From Planctomycetota bacterium (GTDB lineage: Bacteria; Planctomycetota; UBA8108; SXIK01), in assembly GCA_965223265.1 (NCBI GenBank), contig OZ244999.1, positions 9,115,497-9,179,496 on the forward strand: a stretch of 64,000 bases of DNA, in the 5' to 3' direction. This document shows, piece after piece, positions 31,053 to 41,796 of the stretch. Position 1 is the stretch's first letter. Every line of letters begins with the position of its first letter. Position numbers and translations under genes: made by a program. The notes below the pieces were generated by a model, which made no database searches, was not told the DNA's origin, and worked only from the letters and a program-made list of their open reading frames with translations.

Positions 31053-31979
31053 TCATGCGTGCCGGTCGTCGTCAACTGTGCCGTAGTGTTCTTCGTCGGC
31101 GAATTGGTATCCTGTCTTCGCGTAGCGGCGAGCACGGCGAGACGCCACCGCGCGATCGCATGCATCTCGGAGCTCAGTAAGAGAAGGAGTTGACTGCGCA
31201 CCGCCGGCGCTATCGACTCGGGTGTAGGCCTCAAGAAAGGCATCCCGTACTGATTCTTCGAGGTCGCGTGGAAGGTCCAGGATTTGGCCGAAGTTGCGTT
31301 GCCGCTGCGCTTGGCTCAGCGGCGCGGCGAAGAAACGTACCGCGGTGATGTCGAGGAGCACAAAGTGCCACCCTTCCGACGTGCGGCAGCAGATCACGTT
31401 TTCACCCTTGAGGTCGCGCTGCCAGACGCCGCGATCGTGGACTTCCCGGATCCAGGCGCCGAACGCTCCGATGAGAGAGTCGCGATCGGTCGCCGTTCGC
31501 AGAACATGTTCGCCGAGCCAGAGATACTCACGCAGAGGGCGTCCCCCGTCGACAAACTCCGTGACCAGAAACTCCCTGCGCCGCCGCGGGCGCCGCGATG
31601 CGGCGAGAACTCTGGGAGAGTCGATTCCGAGCTGTGCCAATCGTGCGTGCCGGCGTCCATCTTGCGCGCATCGCGACACACCACCGGCCCGGTAGGCCAG
31701 CCACCAGCGTAGCGGCACCGGCGACTGTTTGACCACGACGTCCCGTGACGAAAGCTCAAGCGCTGCCGCGATGGCCGCCGGAACCGTCACTCGGGTGACG
31801 AGGGTGTCGAACTTGCGCTTCAAAATTCGCGCCGGATCACGGTTTTCGTCGTGCGCGCGCAGCAGCTTTGAGAGCGACTCGGCGTCGAACCCAGGGTGAG
31901 CCACAAAGGGTCCTTCGCCGCTCAGAGATAGCCGTCGCATATGTGTTCGCTGCGTGCTTTGCGATTCCATTCGACCCAA
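31053..31979 (-). CDS. Lipopolysaccharide kinase (Kdo/WaaP/InaA family)
   Basis: VVVK, GIDSPRVLA, LVTEFV, HDRGVWQRDLKGENV, LLDI. Confidence 0.82.
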   Translation of the reverse strand: MGRMESQSTQRTHMRRLSLSGEGPFVAHPGFDAESLSKLLRAHDENRDPARILKRKFDTLVTRVTVPAAIAAALELSSRDVVVKQSPVPLRWWLAYRAGGVSRCAQDGRRHARLAQLGIDSPRVLAASRRPRRRREFLVTEFVDGGRPLREYLWLGEHVLRTATDRDSLIGAFGAWIREVHDRGVWQRDLKGENVICCRTSEGWHFVLLDITAVRFFAAPLSQAQRQRNFGQILDLPRDLEESVRDAFLEAYTRVDSAGGAQSTPSLTELRDACDRAVASRRARRYAKTGYQFADEEHYGTVDDDRHA

Positions 31980-32187
31980 TCGCGTCGCGCCTTCATCGCT
32001 TCAAGGCGACATGATAGTACTCTGCGAACGAAAAGCAACGCGCGCCGGTCTCTTGCGAACACACGCTGGGGCATCTGTTCCTTGCTCGTGAGTCCGAACC
32101 GGTGCTATAAGTTGCCGCTACGTCACGCACGGTTTGCGTGCGAACATCCTGCTTGCGCGACTATCGTCTGCTATTCGGCGACAGTGA

Positions 32188-33357
32188 ATGAAGATTGCCA
32201 TCTGCCACACGCAACTCAGCAGCGTCGGAGGGTCCGAACGCTATATCTGGTTCTTGCTCAATCGCCTCCTCGGCGATGGCCATGAGATCCACTACTACTG
32301 TGCACGCCAGCGCGATCCCCTCGAGCATCCGCGGCTGCATCTGCACCACGTCGCCCGGGCCCGGGGCGTGCGCTCGCTCAAGGTGATGTCGTTTGCCCAC
32401 AACTCGGCTCGTCAGCTGAGCGGTGATGGTCCGTTCGATGTGATCCACGGCTTTAGCAAGACGTGGTTTCAGGATGTCTACACCGATGGTAGTGGGCTGC
32501 AGTCAGTGTACCGGGACTATCTGGCGCGCGATGTTGGTCCCTGTCGGCGTCTTATGCGTCGCCACGCACCGTATCAGCATGCTGTTGACTTGTGCGAGCG
32601 ACGTCGATTCAAACGTGGGAACTTCGTCAAGATCCTCACCATGAGCCGATTCGTCAAGGAACAGATTCAGGAGGCTTACGGACTAGACGACAGCGAAGTG
32701 GAAGTCCTCTACAACGGAATCGACTGTGGTCAGTTCACCCCCCAAGGGCGCGCCGAGGAGCGCGGGTGCGTGCGGCGCGAGATCTCGATTCCTCCAGAGG
32801 CGTTTGTTGTGCTTTTCATCGGGAGCGACTACGCGCGGAAGAACCTGGCGCTCATGCTACGGGCGTTGGCGCTACTGGGCGGAACTCCCGACACGCACCT
32901 GATGATCTGTGGGCGCGACAATCACGAGGCTGCGTTTCGGCGTCGCGCCGAAGAGAGGAACTTGGGGTCGCGATGCCACTTTCTCGGCATGCAGAAAGAC
33001 GTCAAACGTTTTCTTAGCGCCGCAGATCTTCTGGTCCTCCCGAGCTACTACGACGTCTTCGGCATGGTCGCTCTCGAGGCGATGGCGTGCGGTGTACCGC
33101 CTATCGTGAGTTCCGCCGCCGGGGCCAGCGAGATCATCTCTACCGGAGAGGATGGGGCTGTACTCACGGAGCTCGAGGACCCCGCGCAGCTCGCTGGGCA
33201 CATCAGATCTTTTCAGGACCGAGAGCATCTTGCGAATGCTTCCGCACGAGCTCGTCAGACCGCGCTTGAGTACGATTGGGCGAACCACATGCGGCGGCTC
33301 TACGCGGTGTACGAGCACGTCGCAGCGACGAAGCACGCCGGCGCTCCTGGACGTTGA
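32188..33357 (+). CDS. GT4 glycosyltransferase (WaaG-like)
   Basis: GGSERY, YNGID, RKNL, AADLLVLPSYYDVFGMVALEAMACGVP. Confidence 0.92.
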   Translation: MKIAICHTQLSSVGGSERYIWFLLNRLLGDGHEIHYYCARQRDPLEHPRLHLHHVARARGVRSLKVMSFAHNSARQLSGDGPFDVIHGFSKTWFQDVYTDGSGLQSVYRDYLARDVGPCRRLMRRHAPYQHAVDLCERRRFKRGNFVKILTMSRFVKEQIQEAYGLDDSEVEVLYNGIDCGQFTPQGRAEERGCVRREISIPPEAFVVLFIGSDYARKNLALMLRALALLGGTPDTHLMICGRDNHEAAFRRRAEERNLGSRCHFLGMQKDVKRFLSAADLLVLPSYYDVFGMVALEAMACGVPPIVSSAAGASEIISTGEDGAVLTELEDPAQLAGHIRSFQDREHLANASARARQTALEYDWANHMRRLYAVYEHVAATKHAGAPGR

Positions 33358-33419
33358 CCGGGGCTGCGGCGACCGCGGTCCTGCGCGAAACGGGTATCAA
33401 ACTCGAGGTCAACAGGCTG

Positions 33420-34865
33420 TTAAGCGAGGATTCCCTCGACCACGTGGCCGTGGACGTCCGTGAGGCGGAAGTCGCGTCCTTGGAAGCGGAACGTGAGCCT
33501 GCGGTGATCGATGCCGAGTAGGTGGAGCACGGTTGCGTGAACGTCGTGCACGGGGACGACGTCTTCGACGGCGTTGTAACCGAGGTCGTCGGTGGCGCCG
33601 TAGGAGATTCCGCCCTTGATGCCGCCTCCGGCCATCCACATCGAGAATCCCTTCATGTGGTGGTCTCTGCCTGACCCCTGCGCCATCGGCGTGCGGCCGA
33701 ACTCTCCGCCCCAGATCACGAGCGTTTCGTCGAGCAGTCCACGCTGGCGCAAATCGCGCAGCAGGGCTGCCGACGCTTGATCGACCTCACCGGCGGAGAC
33801 GCGGCTGTTTCGCTTGATGCCGCCGTGGTGGTCCCAGGCGCGATGGTAGACCTGGACGAAGCGAACGCCGCGCTCCACAAGCCGCCGCGCCAGCAGGCAG
33901 TTTGCGGCGAAAGAGCCATCGGCGCCTTTGGTGCCGTACAGGTCGAGCGTTTTCGTTGATTCGCCGCTGAGATCCATGAGGTCCGGTACCGAGGACTGCA
34001 TGCGGAATGCCATCTCGTACTGGGAGATGCGAGTTGCAATCTCCGGATCTTGCACAAGGTTTTGCTGTAGAGCGTTGAGCGACTGGACCGCGCTGACGAC
34101 GTCTCGTTGTCGCTTTCTGGTCACTCCCTTGGGATTGCCGACATAGAGCACGGGGTCGCCGGTCGATCGAAACTCGACGCCTTGAAATCGACTCGGTAGG
34201 AAACCGCTGTGCCACTGACGGGCAGCGATCGGCTGAGCTTGTCCAGCCTTGCCGACCGACGTCAGCACCACGAAGCCGGGGAGCTGGTCCGTCTCGGCGC
34301 CTAGACCGTAGAGAAGCCACGAGCCCATTGAGGGGCGACCAGAAATCGTCGTCCCGGTGTTCATGAAGGTGTGAGCCGGGTCGTGGTTGATTGCTTCTGT
34401 CTTCAGTGACCGGATCACACAGATCTCGTCGGCGACCGATCCGATGTGAGGAAAGATTTCACTGAGCTGCTGGCCGCTCGTACCGACACGCCGAAATTCA
34501 TGCTGCGGCGCGAAACAAGTCAACTTGCGATTCTGAAGCTGCGCGATCGGCTGTCCTTTGGTGAAGGACTCGGGCATCGGTTGACCGTGCATCTCGGCGA
34601 GCTTCGGTTTGTAGTCGAGTGTTTCGAGATGCGACGGGCCGCCCGCCATGTAGAGGTGAATGATTCGTTTGCATCGAGCCCGCGGCACGGGTTTGAGAAC
34701 ACCTTCCCATTTTGGGACGGAGACGCCGGCGATGGCGCTCTCAGCACCTTGCCCTAAGCGTCCTGCGAGCATCGAGACGAGTGTGGCGAACCCTATGCTC
34801 GAGCGGCCAAGGAACGCGCGCCGCGACAGTTCGGAGATCGAGTGAGTCGAATGAGCGGGGGACAT
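33420..34865 (-). CDS. DUF1501 domain protein (Tat-like signal)
   Basis: SRRAFL, GGPSHLETLDYKP, INHDPA, WDHH, WGGEFGRTP, RLTDVHG; start at MSPAHS. Confidence 0.93.
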   Translation of the reverse strand: MSPAHSTHSISELSRRAFLGRSSIGFATLVSMLAGRLGQGAESAIAGVSVPKWEGVLKPVPRARCKRIIHLYMAGGPSHLETLDYKPKLAEMHGQPMPESFTKGQPIAQLQNRKLTCFAPQHEFRRVGTSGQQLSEIFPHIGSVADEICVIRSLKTEAINHDPAHTFMNTGTTISGRPSMGSWLLYGLGAETDQLPGFVVLTSVGKAGQAQPIAARQWHSGFLPSRFQGVEFRSTGDPVLYVGNPKGVTRKRQRDVVSAVQSLNALQQNLVQDPEIATRISQYEMAFRMQSSVPDLMDLSGESTKTLDLYGTKGADGSFAANCLLARRLVERGVRFVQVYHRAWDHHGGIKRNSRVSAGEVDQASAALLRDLRQRGLLDETLVIWGGEFGRTPMAQGSGRDHHMKGFSMWMAGGGIKGGISYGATDDLGYNAVEDVVPVHDVHATVLHLLGIDHRRLTFRFQGRDFRLTDVHGHVVEGILA

Positions 34866-34866
34866 T

Positions 34867-37800
34867 TCAGTTCCTCGTGATCGATTCATGCAGGTTGAGG
34901 AGCACACGCGTTGCCGAGGTCCACGCTGCAAGCTGCACTGCGTCGAGACGTGCATCAGCGGCTCGGTCGCCGACGCTCAACAGCTCGGCGGCTGCGTTTG
35001 GATCAGATTCGTAGGCCGAGAGGTGCTCGCTAAAGATAGGGAACAGCACGTCGATTTCGCGGTTCAGCGGCGCGCGCTGCAGGACGAGTCGATAGGCGAT
35101 TTCGATGCCGCGTTTGAACGTATCACGATCCGCGCCGTCGCCGACCTCGCGGAGTACGCGTTCGGCGAGAAACCTTGCTGACTCGACGTAGGTCGGATCG
35201 TTGAGCAGTACGAGCGCTTGCTGCGGCGTGTTGGAGCGAGGTCGATCGACGGTGCACTCCTCTCGCGACGGTGCATCGAAGGCGAGGAGGCTCGGGTGCA
35301 GGAAGGTGCGGGCCCAATAGGTGTAGAGGCCGCGTCGGTAGAGATTCTCGCCGGTATCCTTTTCGTAGACACGTTTCGGAAAGTTGAGGTGCGCCCAGTA
35401 GCCGGCCGGTTGGTAGGGCCTGGCGCTGGGACCACCGATGCGGCGCGACAAGAGGCCGCTGACCGCGAGTGCGTTGTCGCGCACCATCTCGGCGTCGAGG
35501 CGGAATCTTCCTTGACGTGCCAGAAGATAGTTGAACGGATCGCGCTCTTGGAGCGCTGGTGACGCCAACGACGACTGGCGATAGGTGGCCGACATGACGA
35601 TGAGTTTCACTGTATGTTTGATGTCCCAGCCACTCGAAATGAAATCGGTCGCTAACCAGTCGAGGAGGTCGGGATGGCTCGGCCAGCTCCCCTGCGATCC
35701 GAAGTCATCGGACGTCGCGACGAGCCCTTGTCCGAAGAGAAGTTTCCATAGTCGATTGACGAATACGCGCGCCACGAGTGGGTTCTCCGGCGCGACAAGC
35801 CAGTTGGCGAGATCCATGCGCGTGGCGCGATCGGCGCCCGTTTGCAGCGACGGAAGCGCGGACGGCACGTCCGGTTTCACTGGCGTTCCAGATTCATCCA
35901 GCCAGTTGCCGCGCGGAAGAACGCGCGTCACTCGAGGCTCTCCAGACATCGAGACGAGAGATCGAGGCATCGCCGCTTCGATGGTGGTACGATCGGCTTC
36001 AAGGCGAGCGATCTTGTCACGGACGGAGCGCAGAAGTGGGGTGAGTGTACGGAAGAGCGCCGCGAGCTTGCGTTGATCTTCTTCGCTACGCTGCGCCTTC
36101 GGCGCCTCTAAGATTTTGTCCAAGCCGTCGGGAAGGCCGTCGGCGCTGGCACCCGGAGCGAGAACCGGCCGCGCGGCAGCCGTGCCTGAGATGCGGAACC
36201 TCCTCAGCAGCCGTCCGGCTTGGTCCTGTACGACCGTGACGACCAGTTCGTCGGTGTCGTCGTTGCTCGCGCCGCCTGCAGCTTCGTCTGCTGCCGCACC
36301 CAGAAGCTCGGAGATCTCAAAGACGGCGATGGCGCGGTTCGCGGCGTCGGCCTCTACCGTCCAGCCGGTGTCGCGTTTGGAATCGATCGCGGCCGCCGCC
36401 GCGTTCTCGTCGACGCCCGCCGTCGCGGTGGCGCGCGACCACTGCAGCTGCTGTCCGTTGAGCGTGGCGCGGATCTCAGTGACGACGAACGCCGCGGCGG
36501 TGTCGACATCGGTCGCGTCTCCAGCGAGCGCCGGCGCTTCGAGTGCCTCCAGCCTGAGGGCGGTCAGGTCGCTGAAATCCCCCTGGTAGACGAGCTCGTA
36601 GGAATCTTTCTCGCTTGACCCACTGGCAACGATCGCCGTGCCGTCGTCGAACGTCGTCAGTTCGTGGCCGTTTGTGCTCTTCAGCTGCGCCGGGGAGAGA
36701 GGCCGCCAATCGACAGCGCCCGATCGCACGTAGGTTTCCCATGCCTCCATGGCGACGTCGAGCTCCGGCGTTTGGGTATTCATCTCTTCCTGGAGAGACT
36801 CGATTTGGGCGGCAATTCGCGCCACCCGCGATTGTTCCCAGCTTGAGGGCAGCGGCGTGGGTTGCTGCCTGCCGACCGCGGTCTCCTGAATGTCAGCGAA
36901 GAACGCCGCGAAGCTGTAGAAGTCGTTCTGCGTGAGGGGGTCGAACTTATGGTCGTGACATTCCGCGCAGCCAAGTGTCAAGCCGAGCCAAACGGAAGAA
37001 GCGTTGCGGACGCGATCGGCTGCGTACTTGGCGCGGTACTCTTTCGGCTGAGCTCCGCCTTCGCGCGTTGTCATCAAGAGGCGGTTGTACCCTGAGCCGA
37101 TGAGCTGATCGCGTGTCGGCTGAGGTAGAAGGTCTCCTGCGAGTTGTTCCTGAGTGAAGCGGTCGAAGGGGAAGTTGTCATTGAACGCATTGATGACGTA
37201 GTCGCGGTAGAGGGCGATGTCGCGGTGGTTGTCGCCGTGAATGCCGTTGGTGTCGGCGAACCTGACCAGGTCGAGCCAGTAGATCGCCATCCGTTCGCCG
37301 TAATGCGGTGAGTCCAACAGACGGTCGACGAAAGTCTCATACGCGGCCGGGTCACTGCGAGAAGTGAACGCGGCAACCGTCTCAGGTGTCGGTGGCAATC
37401 CGGTTAAGTCGAACGCGAGGCGCCTTATGAGTGTGCGGGGATCAGCGGGTGGAGACGGCTCGAGGCCTTCACGACGCAAGCGTTCAAATACGAAATCGTC
37501 GATCGCCGTTCGCGGCCACGACTCACCAGCGAGATTCGGCAGCTGCGGTCTCACCGGAGCGATCAGCGACCAGTGCTTCTGCCACGTGGCACCTTGGCTG
37601 ATCCATTCCTTAATGAGCGCGACCTCATGTTCGCTCAGAGTCTTTCCCAAATCCGCCGGCGGCATGCGTTCGCCTGGGTCGGTAGCAGTCATCCGACGGA
37701 TCATTTCGCTGGCGCTCGGGTCACCGGGTACAATGACCTGATAATCACCACGGTCGCGGATCGTGTCTGCCTCAAGATCGAGCCGCAAATCGGCTTGCCG

Positions 37801-37986
37801 CTGCCCCGCATCCGGGCCGTGGCAAGCGAAACATCGGTCCGCGAGCAGAGGGCGAATGTCGCGGTTGAAATCGGCGGCGAACATGCCGGTAGCAGAACCG
37901 AAGCTCAACCCAACGGCCCACACGCTCACGAACGTGGCGGTGGAAATTCGAGACGAGAACCGTCGACACAACCCACACACGATCAT
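34867..37986 (-). CDS. PSD1 / planctomycete cytochrome c domain protein
   Basis: [62 protein letters not shown]. Confidence 0.93.
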   Translation of the reverse strand: MIVCGLCRRFSSRISTATFVSVWAVGLSFGSATGMFAADFNRDIRPLLADRCFACHGPDAGQRQADLRLDLEADTIRDRGDYQVIVPGDPSASEMIRRMTATDPGERMPPADLGKTLSEHEVALIKEWISQGATWQKHWSLIAPVRPQLPNLAGESWPRTAIDDFVFERLRREGLEPSPPADPRTLIRRLAFDLTGLPPTPETVAAFTSRSDPAAYETFVDRLLDSPHYGERMAIYWLDLVRFADTNGIHGDNHRDIALYRDYVINAFNDNFPFDRFTQEQLAGDLLPQPTRDQLIGSGYNRLLMTTREGGAQPKEYRAKYAADRVRNASSVWLGLTLGCAECHDHKFDPLTQNDFYSFAAFFADIQETAVGRQQPTPLPSSWEQSRVARIAAQIESLQEEMNTQTPELDVAMEAWETYVRSGAVDWRPLSPAQLKSTNGHELTTFDDGTAIVASGSSEKDSYELVYQGDFSDLTALRLEALEAPALAGDATDVDTAAAFVVTEIRATLNGQQLQWSRATATAGVDENAAAAAIDSKRDTGWTVEADAANRAIAVFEISELLGAAADEAAGGASNDDTDELVVTVVQDQAGRLLRRFRISGTAAARPVLAPGASADGLPDGLDKILEAPKAQRSEEDQRKLAALFRTLTPLLRSVRDKIARLEADRTTIEAAMPRSLVSMSGEPRVTRVLPRGNWLDESGTPVKPDVPSALPSLQTGADRATRMDLANWLVAPENPLVARVFVNRLWKLLFGQGLVATSDDFGSQGSWPSHPDLLDWLATDFISSGWDIKHTVKLIVMSATYRQSSLASPALQERDPFNYLLARQGRFRLDAEMVRDNALAVSGLLSRRIGGPSARPYQPAGYWAHLNFPKRVYEKDTGENLYRRGLYTYWARTFLHPSLLAFDAPSREECTVDRPRSNTPQQALVLLNDPTYVESARFLAERVLREVGDGADRDTFKRGIEIAYRLVLQRAPLNREIDVLFPIFSEHLSAYESDPNAAAELLSVGDRAADARLDAVQLAAWTSATRVLLNLHESITRN

Positions 37987-38143
37987 GGCATTTCTCGCGG
38001 CAATTCGTTTTTCACGTGATGGTCGAAAGCCCAGCGTCGAGGAACTTAAAGCGCGGGCTTACGTTGTGTATAGCGTGGCACAACGCACCAGCCAAAATAC
38101 TTAGCTGCAGCGCAAAGCTCAAGAGATTGCTCCTGCTCGAATG

Positions 38144-38974
38144 TCAAATACTATCGCTCACGTCGTCGAGTTCGTCGTGCGGAACGTAGCGTTCCTTGCT
38201 GGCGTCGAAGCGCAACTGACCCTCAGCAGCGAGGAGGGCGAAACGATCGATCAAGGTGCGAAGTTGGCGCGCGTCTCGTTGGCCACCGAGAATGTAAGCC
38301 CACTGCTCGTCTGTGATGCGTCGAGTTCCGTGTGGCTCAGTGAAGGAGCGAAGACGCTGCGTGACGAAGTAGTAGCGATTGAAGTCGTCGAGTTCATGCT
38401 GAGTGTACCCCCGTAGCGCGCCACAGAGGACTGAGCGTAGACGCTCGTACTCTTTCGCTCCCTTCTTTGCCAGCTGGTCAGCACTTTTGGCTAGTTCTGG
38501 ATCGCGCTCTCGATCCTTCAGTTTGGAGAATTCAACCCGGCGGCGGCGTGTCGCTTCGATCGACACGGCCATCGACCGCTCGACCGGGTCGCGCCCTGAG
38601 AGTGACGGCAGGCGGCAGTTGGTTTGTACCCAGGTGGCGAGCGAGTAGATGGTCGCGACGTGCCGCAGGAGTGAGCGTTGAGTGAGGGTCGCTCGCTCGG
38701 AGATCTGCGTTCGCTGCGAGCGCTCCTCGCGAACGAGAGCGAGACTGCTTTCGATCACTTTTTGGTGTGAGGCTTCGTCTCCTGGCCCGAAGGGCTCGAA
38801 CGACGTCGACGGAATCGGTGTGTCTCGATGGAATCGGGGAGGCCTGCCCTGCGCGAGGCTCCACGCCCGGAGACCATAGTCGGTGACGGCATCGTGTGTC
38901 GCAGCGCGCTTTTCGATCGACTTCAAATGAGATCCTTTCGTTCGTAGTGGCGAACGGGTTGCGACTTGTTTCAC
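38144..38974 (-). CDS. Hypothetical protein (276 aa)
   Basis: Longest ORF in the gap; helical, charged composition; no family recognised; start uncertain. Confidence 0.6.
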   Translation of the reverse strand: MKQVATRSPLRTKGSHLKSIEKRAATHDAVTDYGLRAWSLAQGRPPRFHRDTPIPSTSFEPFGPGDEASHQKVIESSLALVREERSQRTQISERATLTQRSLLRHVATIYSLATWVQTNCRLPSLSGRDPVERSMAVSIEATRRRRVEFSKLKDRERDPELAKSADQLAKKGAKEYERLRSVLCGALRGYTQHELDDFNRYYFVTQRLRSFTEPHGTRRITDEQWAYILGGQRDARQLRTLIDRFALLAAEGQLRFDASKERYVPHDELDDVSDSI

Positions 38975-39262
38975 CGAGGGGCATCAAGATCCGTGCCAGA
39001 GTGTTGCAGAGTGGTCAGTCCGCCTTTTTTCGTGCGGCGAACTCGTGCCGACCTGTCGCGGTCTCAGCAGAAACTCAGTCGACTGAACGTGCGATTTCCT
39101 CAGAAGACGAACGGGGTGGTCGGTCGTCCAGAAATGTGACACTGTCGACTCGAAGGGCGCCGAGGTGGAAACTGCCCCGCGCGTCGCGCTACCCTGGGTG
39201 TTTCTACGTCGCCGGTTGCGGCAGCCGCCGGCGACGTTTCGCAACGACATGCAGGAGGATTC

Positions 39263-40135
39263 ATGAGCTCGCGAGCTGAGACCGAACATCGCTACGCCAA
39301 GCTGACCTGGCCCGAGATCAACGACGCGATCGACCTCGGCAAGGTGTGCATCGTTCCCTGTGCCGCTGTCGAGCAGCATGGGCCGCACTTGCCGCTGGAT
39401 GTTGATGTGCTCTGTGCGACAGAAGTCGCCATGGGAGCGGGGCGTTCACTGCCTGAGAAGATCCTCGTACTGCCGTCCGTCAACTACGGATACACGGGAC
39501 ACGTGATGGATTTCCCAGGAACGATCAACAATGACTTTGAGCACTTCATCCACCATGTACTCGACATCTCGAAGTCGCTGGCCTACCACGGTTTCAAGAA
39601 GATTATTCTGCTCAACGGACACGGTTCGAACATGCCGAACCTCGACCTCGTGGCGAGGCGCACGAATCTGGAGACCGACGCCGAATGCCTCGTCGCTGCG
39701 TGGTGGAATCTTCTCACCGTCGACAAAGAGTTCCTCCCGCGCTGGCGGCAAAGCAAGTTTCCAGGAGGTTGCGCGCATGCGGGCGAGTTAGAGACATCGA
39801 TGTATCTCTATCTCGACGGCGACAATGTGCGACGCGACAAGATCAAGAGCGGGACGATTTCGTTCAACGACGAAGACAGCCCGTTCAACTGGGTCGATCT
39901 CTTTGCAGCGGGACCGGCGACCGTGATCTCCTGGACGAGTAGCTACTCCGAAACCGGTGTGCTCGGCGACGCGGAGCTGGCGACCGAAGAAAAGGGCCGC
40001 GAGGCGTATGAGGAAGCAGTCAAACAGTTAGTAAGGTTCGTCAACTGGTTCAAGGATCGGCCGAAGGACGTGCGCGGCAGTCGGCAACGACGTCCCCCTT
40101 CCATTCCCATGCCGTGGGATCAACGCGCGCCCTGA
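39263..40135 (+). CDS. Creatininase family protein (MftE-like amidohydrolase)
   Basis: VEQHGPHLPLDVD, HVMDFPGT, LNGHGSN, HAGELETS; GGAGG RBS. Confidence 0.93.
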   Translation: MSSRAETEHRYAKLTWPEINDAIDLGKVCIVPCAAVEQHGPHLPLDVDVLCATEVAMGAGRSLPEKILVLPSVNYGYTGHVMDFPGTINNDFEHFIHHVLDISKSLAYHGFKKIILLNGHGSNMPNLDLVARRTNLETDAECLVAAWWNLLTVDKEFLPRWRQSKFPGGCAHAGELETSMYLYLDGDNVRRDKIKSGTISFNDEDSPFNWVDLFAAGPATVISWTSSYSETGVLGDAELATEEKGREAYEEAVKQLVRFVNWFKDRPKDVRGSRQRRPPSIPMPWDQRAP

Positions 40136-40199
40136 CTTCGGTGCGTGCTCTACGTGCTGTCGGTTGATCGATCGGTCGCCGTCCCATACCCACCTTGCG

Positions 40200-41690
40200 C
40201 TATTTCGGCGACTGCCAGACAGTGTCCGGTTCGAACGGTAGCATGGGTTGGCGGCGATTGTGATACACGAAGCGCGTGACGTCGGCAGTCGTCACACCAG
40301 GAGTATCGACGCGCAGCAGCTGTTCGCACACCTCGCGATAGGCGGCCACCGGAGCGTTGACGCCTTTGGCGACAAGAAAACGGAATACGGCTGGGTCAAG
40401 CTCACAGCTTCGTAGTTGCTCAAGGCTAAACGGGACCATGCGCCGCGAAGTCAGCATGATCGTCATGCCCTGCGTCGATTCGACCACGACCGTTTTTCCT
40501 TGGTCGTAGTGCGTGAAGCCGCCGTGGCGCGGCTTGGACTCGTGAAACTTCCCCTCGTAGACCCCACGCAGGCGAAACTGGGCCGTGAACGGGCCACCGT
40601 GGAGTGAGTCGGTGGTGGCGCCGACCGTAAGTGAAAGTTCCTCGCCAGGAGTTGCGGCGGCCGCCTTCGACACGGCGGCGGGATCGAAAAGGCAGACGAA
40701 CGAGCCTTGATCGAGCTGGCGCCGGTGGAGAGCGTGGACCAGATGTGTGCTGTCGCCTGGGGAACCGCCGCCTACGTTGTCGCCCATGTCGAGGAGGCAG
40801 ACGGGAGCGTCGAGCGTGGCAGCGAGGTCGAGTGCCGCATCGATTCCGAGGAGGTCGCCAAGAAAGTCTTGGCGGTGCCGCCAGAGGTGGTGGGCCAATT
40901 CGTCGGCCGCTGACTGGGCTAGTTCGGGATCGTCATCGGTGACGACCAGAAAGGCTGAGCCCATCTCTTCCACGTCGGCGAAGGGGAAACCGAGAAAGAC
41001 GCTATTGGTGATGACTCCCGGTCGGTCCAAGATTTCGTCTGCCAGTTCATACAGCGGCAGACATGGATACTCGGAGGTGTGCTGGGCTTCGATGTTGATT
41101 GCGATCGGAGGGAATGAAGCGGCCTGTCGCGGTTTGACTTCTCCGCGCAGCGTCTGGGCAAGAATGGTGGCGGCGAGCTCGCCGCAGCGCAGTTGATCGA
41201 GGTGCGGGTTCGTTCGGTAGGCGATGAGCGCGTCGGTTGCGGCTACCATTCGCGGCGACAGGTTGGCATGTGGATCGAGGGTCCCGACGATGGGCACGTC
41301 CGGTCCGACGCGATCTCGCAGCATGGTCAACCAATGACCGTCAGCATCTCGGTGCGACTCGCTCACCGTCGCGCCATGGGGCGCAACGAGGTAGCCGTCG
41401 AGCTTCCCCGCAGCCTCCAACGCCGAAAAAAGCTTCTCGAGCAGCGTCGCGAAGGCGTCAGCTTCGATGGTGCCGAACGGCAAGGCGCGCGCGGCGAAGA
41501 TCGGCACCGCTTCAATGTCATTCTGCGCCAGGCCCGAGAAGAATCCAGCGACCTCGTGATGCGTTGCAGCCATGCGCCGCCGGACCGCCTCGCCAGTGAG
41601 GAGGATATCCTCTTGAAATTTGGCGAGCGTCGTTGGCTGTGCGATGAACGTGTTGGACTCGTGAAGAAGTGCGATAACACCGACACGCAT
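40200..41690 (-). CDS. M81 family metallopeptidase (MlrC-like)
   Basis: HESNTF, PHGA, DADG, LDPHAN, YRTNPHLD, GFPFADV, DMGDNVGGGSPGDST. Confidence 0.92.
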   Translation of the reverse strand: MRVGVIALLHESNTFIAQPTTLAKFQEDILLTGEAVRRRMAATHHEVAGFFSGLAQNDIEAVPIFAARALPFGTIEADAFATLLEKLFSALEAAGKLDGYLVAPHGATVSESHRDADGHWLTMLRDRVGPDVPIVGTLDPHANLSPRMVAATDALIAYRTNPHLDQLRCGELAATILAQTLRGEVKPRQAASFPPIAINIEAQHTSEYPCLPLYELADEILDRPGVITNSVFLGFPFADVEEMGSAFLVVTDDDPELAQSAADELAHHLWRHRQDFLGDLLGIDAALDLAATLDAPVCLLDMGDNVGGGSPGDSTHLVHALHRRQLDQGSFVCLFDPAAVSKAAAATPGEELSLTVGATTDSLHGGPFTAQFRLRGVYEGKFHESKPRHGGFTHYDQGKTVVVESTQGMTIMLTSRRMVPFSLEQLRSCELDPAVFRFLVAKGVNAPVAAYREVCEQLLRVDTPGVTTADVTRFVYHNRRQPMLPFEPDTVWQSPK

Positions 41691-41796
41691 CGTGGTCCCC
41701 TTTCTCATTCACGCCCCAGAGGAATGGCACTGCCGCGGAATCATAACGCCGTCGCCGTCGCCACGGCAATTGGTTTGTGCGGGAGATTCTCGAGAC

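Noticed and set aside
29975-31243. Long antisense ORFs (this one; also 2204-3151, 3757-4749, 10811-11827, 12928-13983, 21502-22563)
   Set aside because: They are shadow frames opposite well-supported genes, as expected in high-GC DNA.
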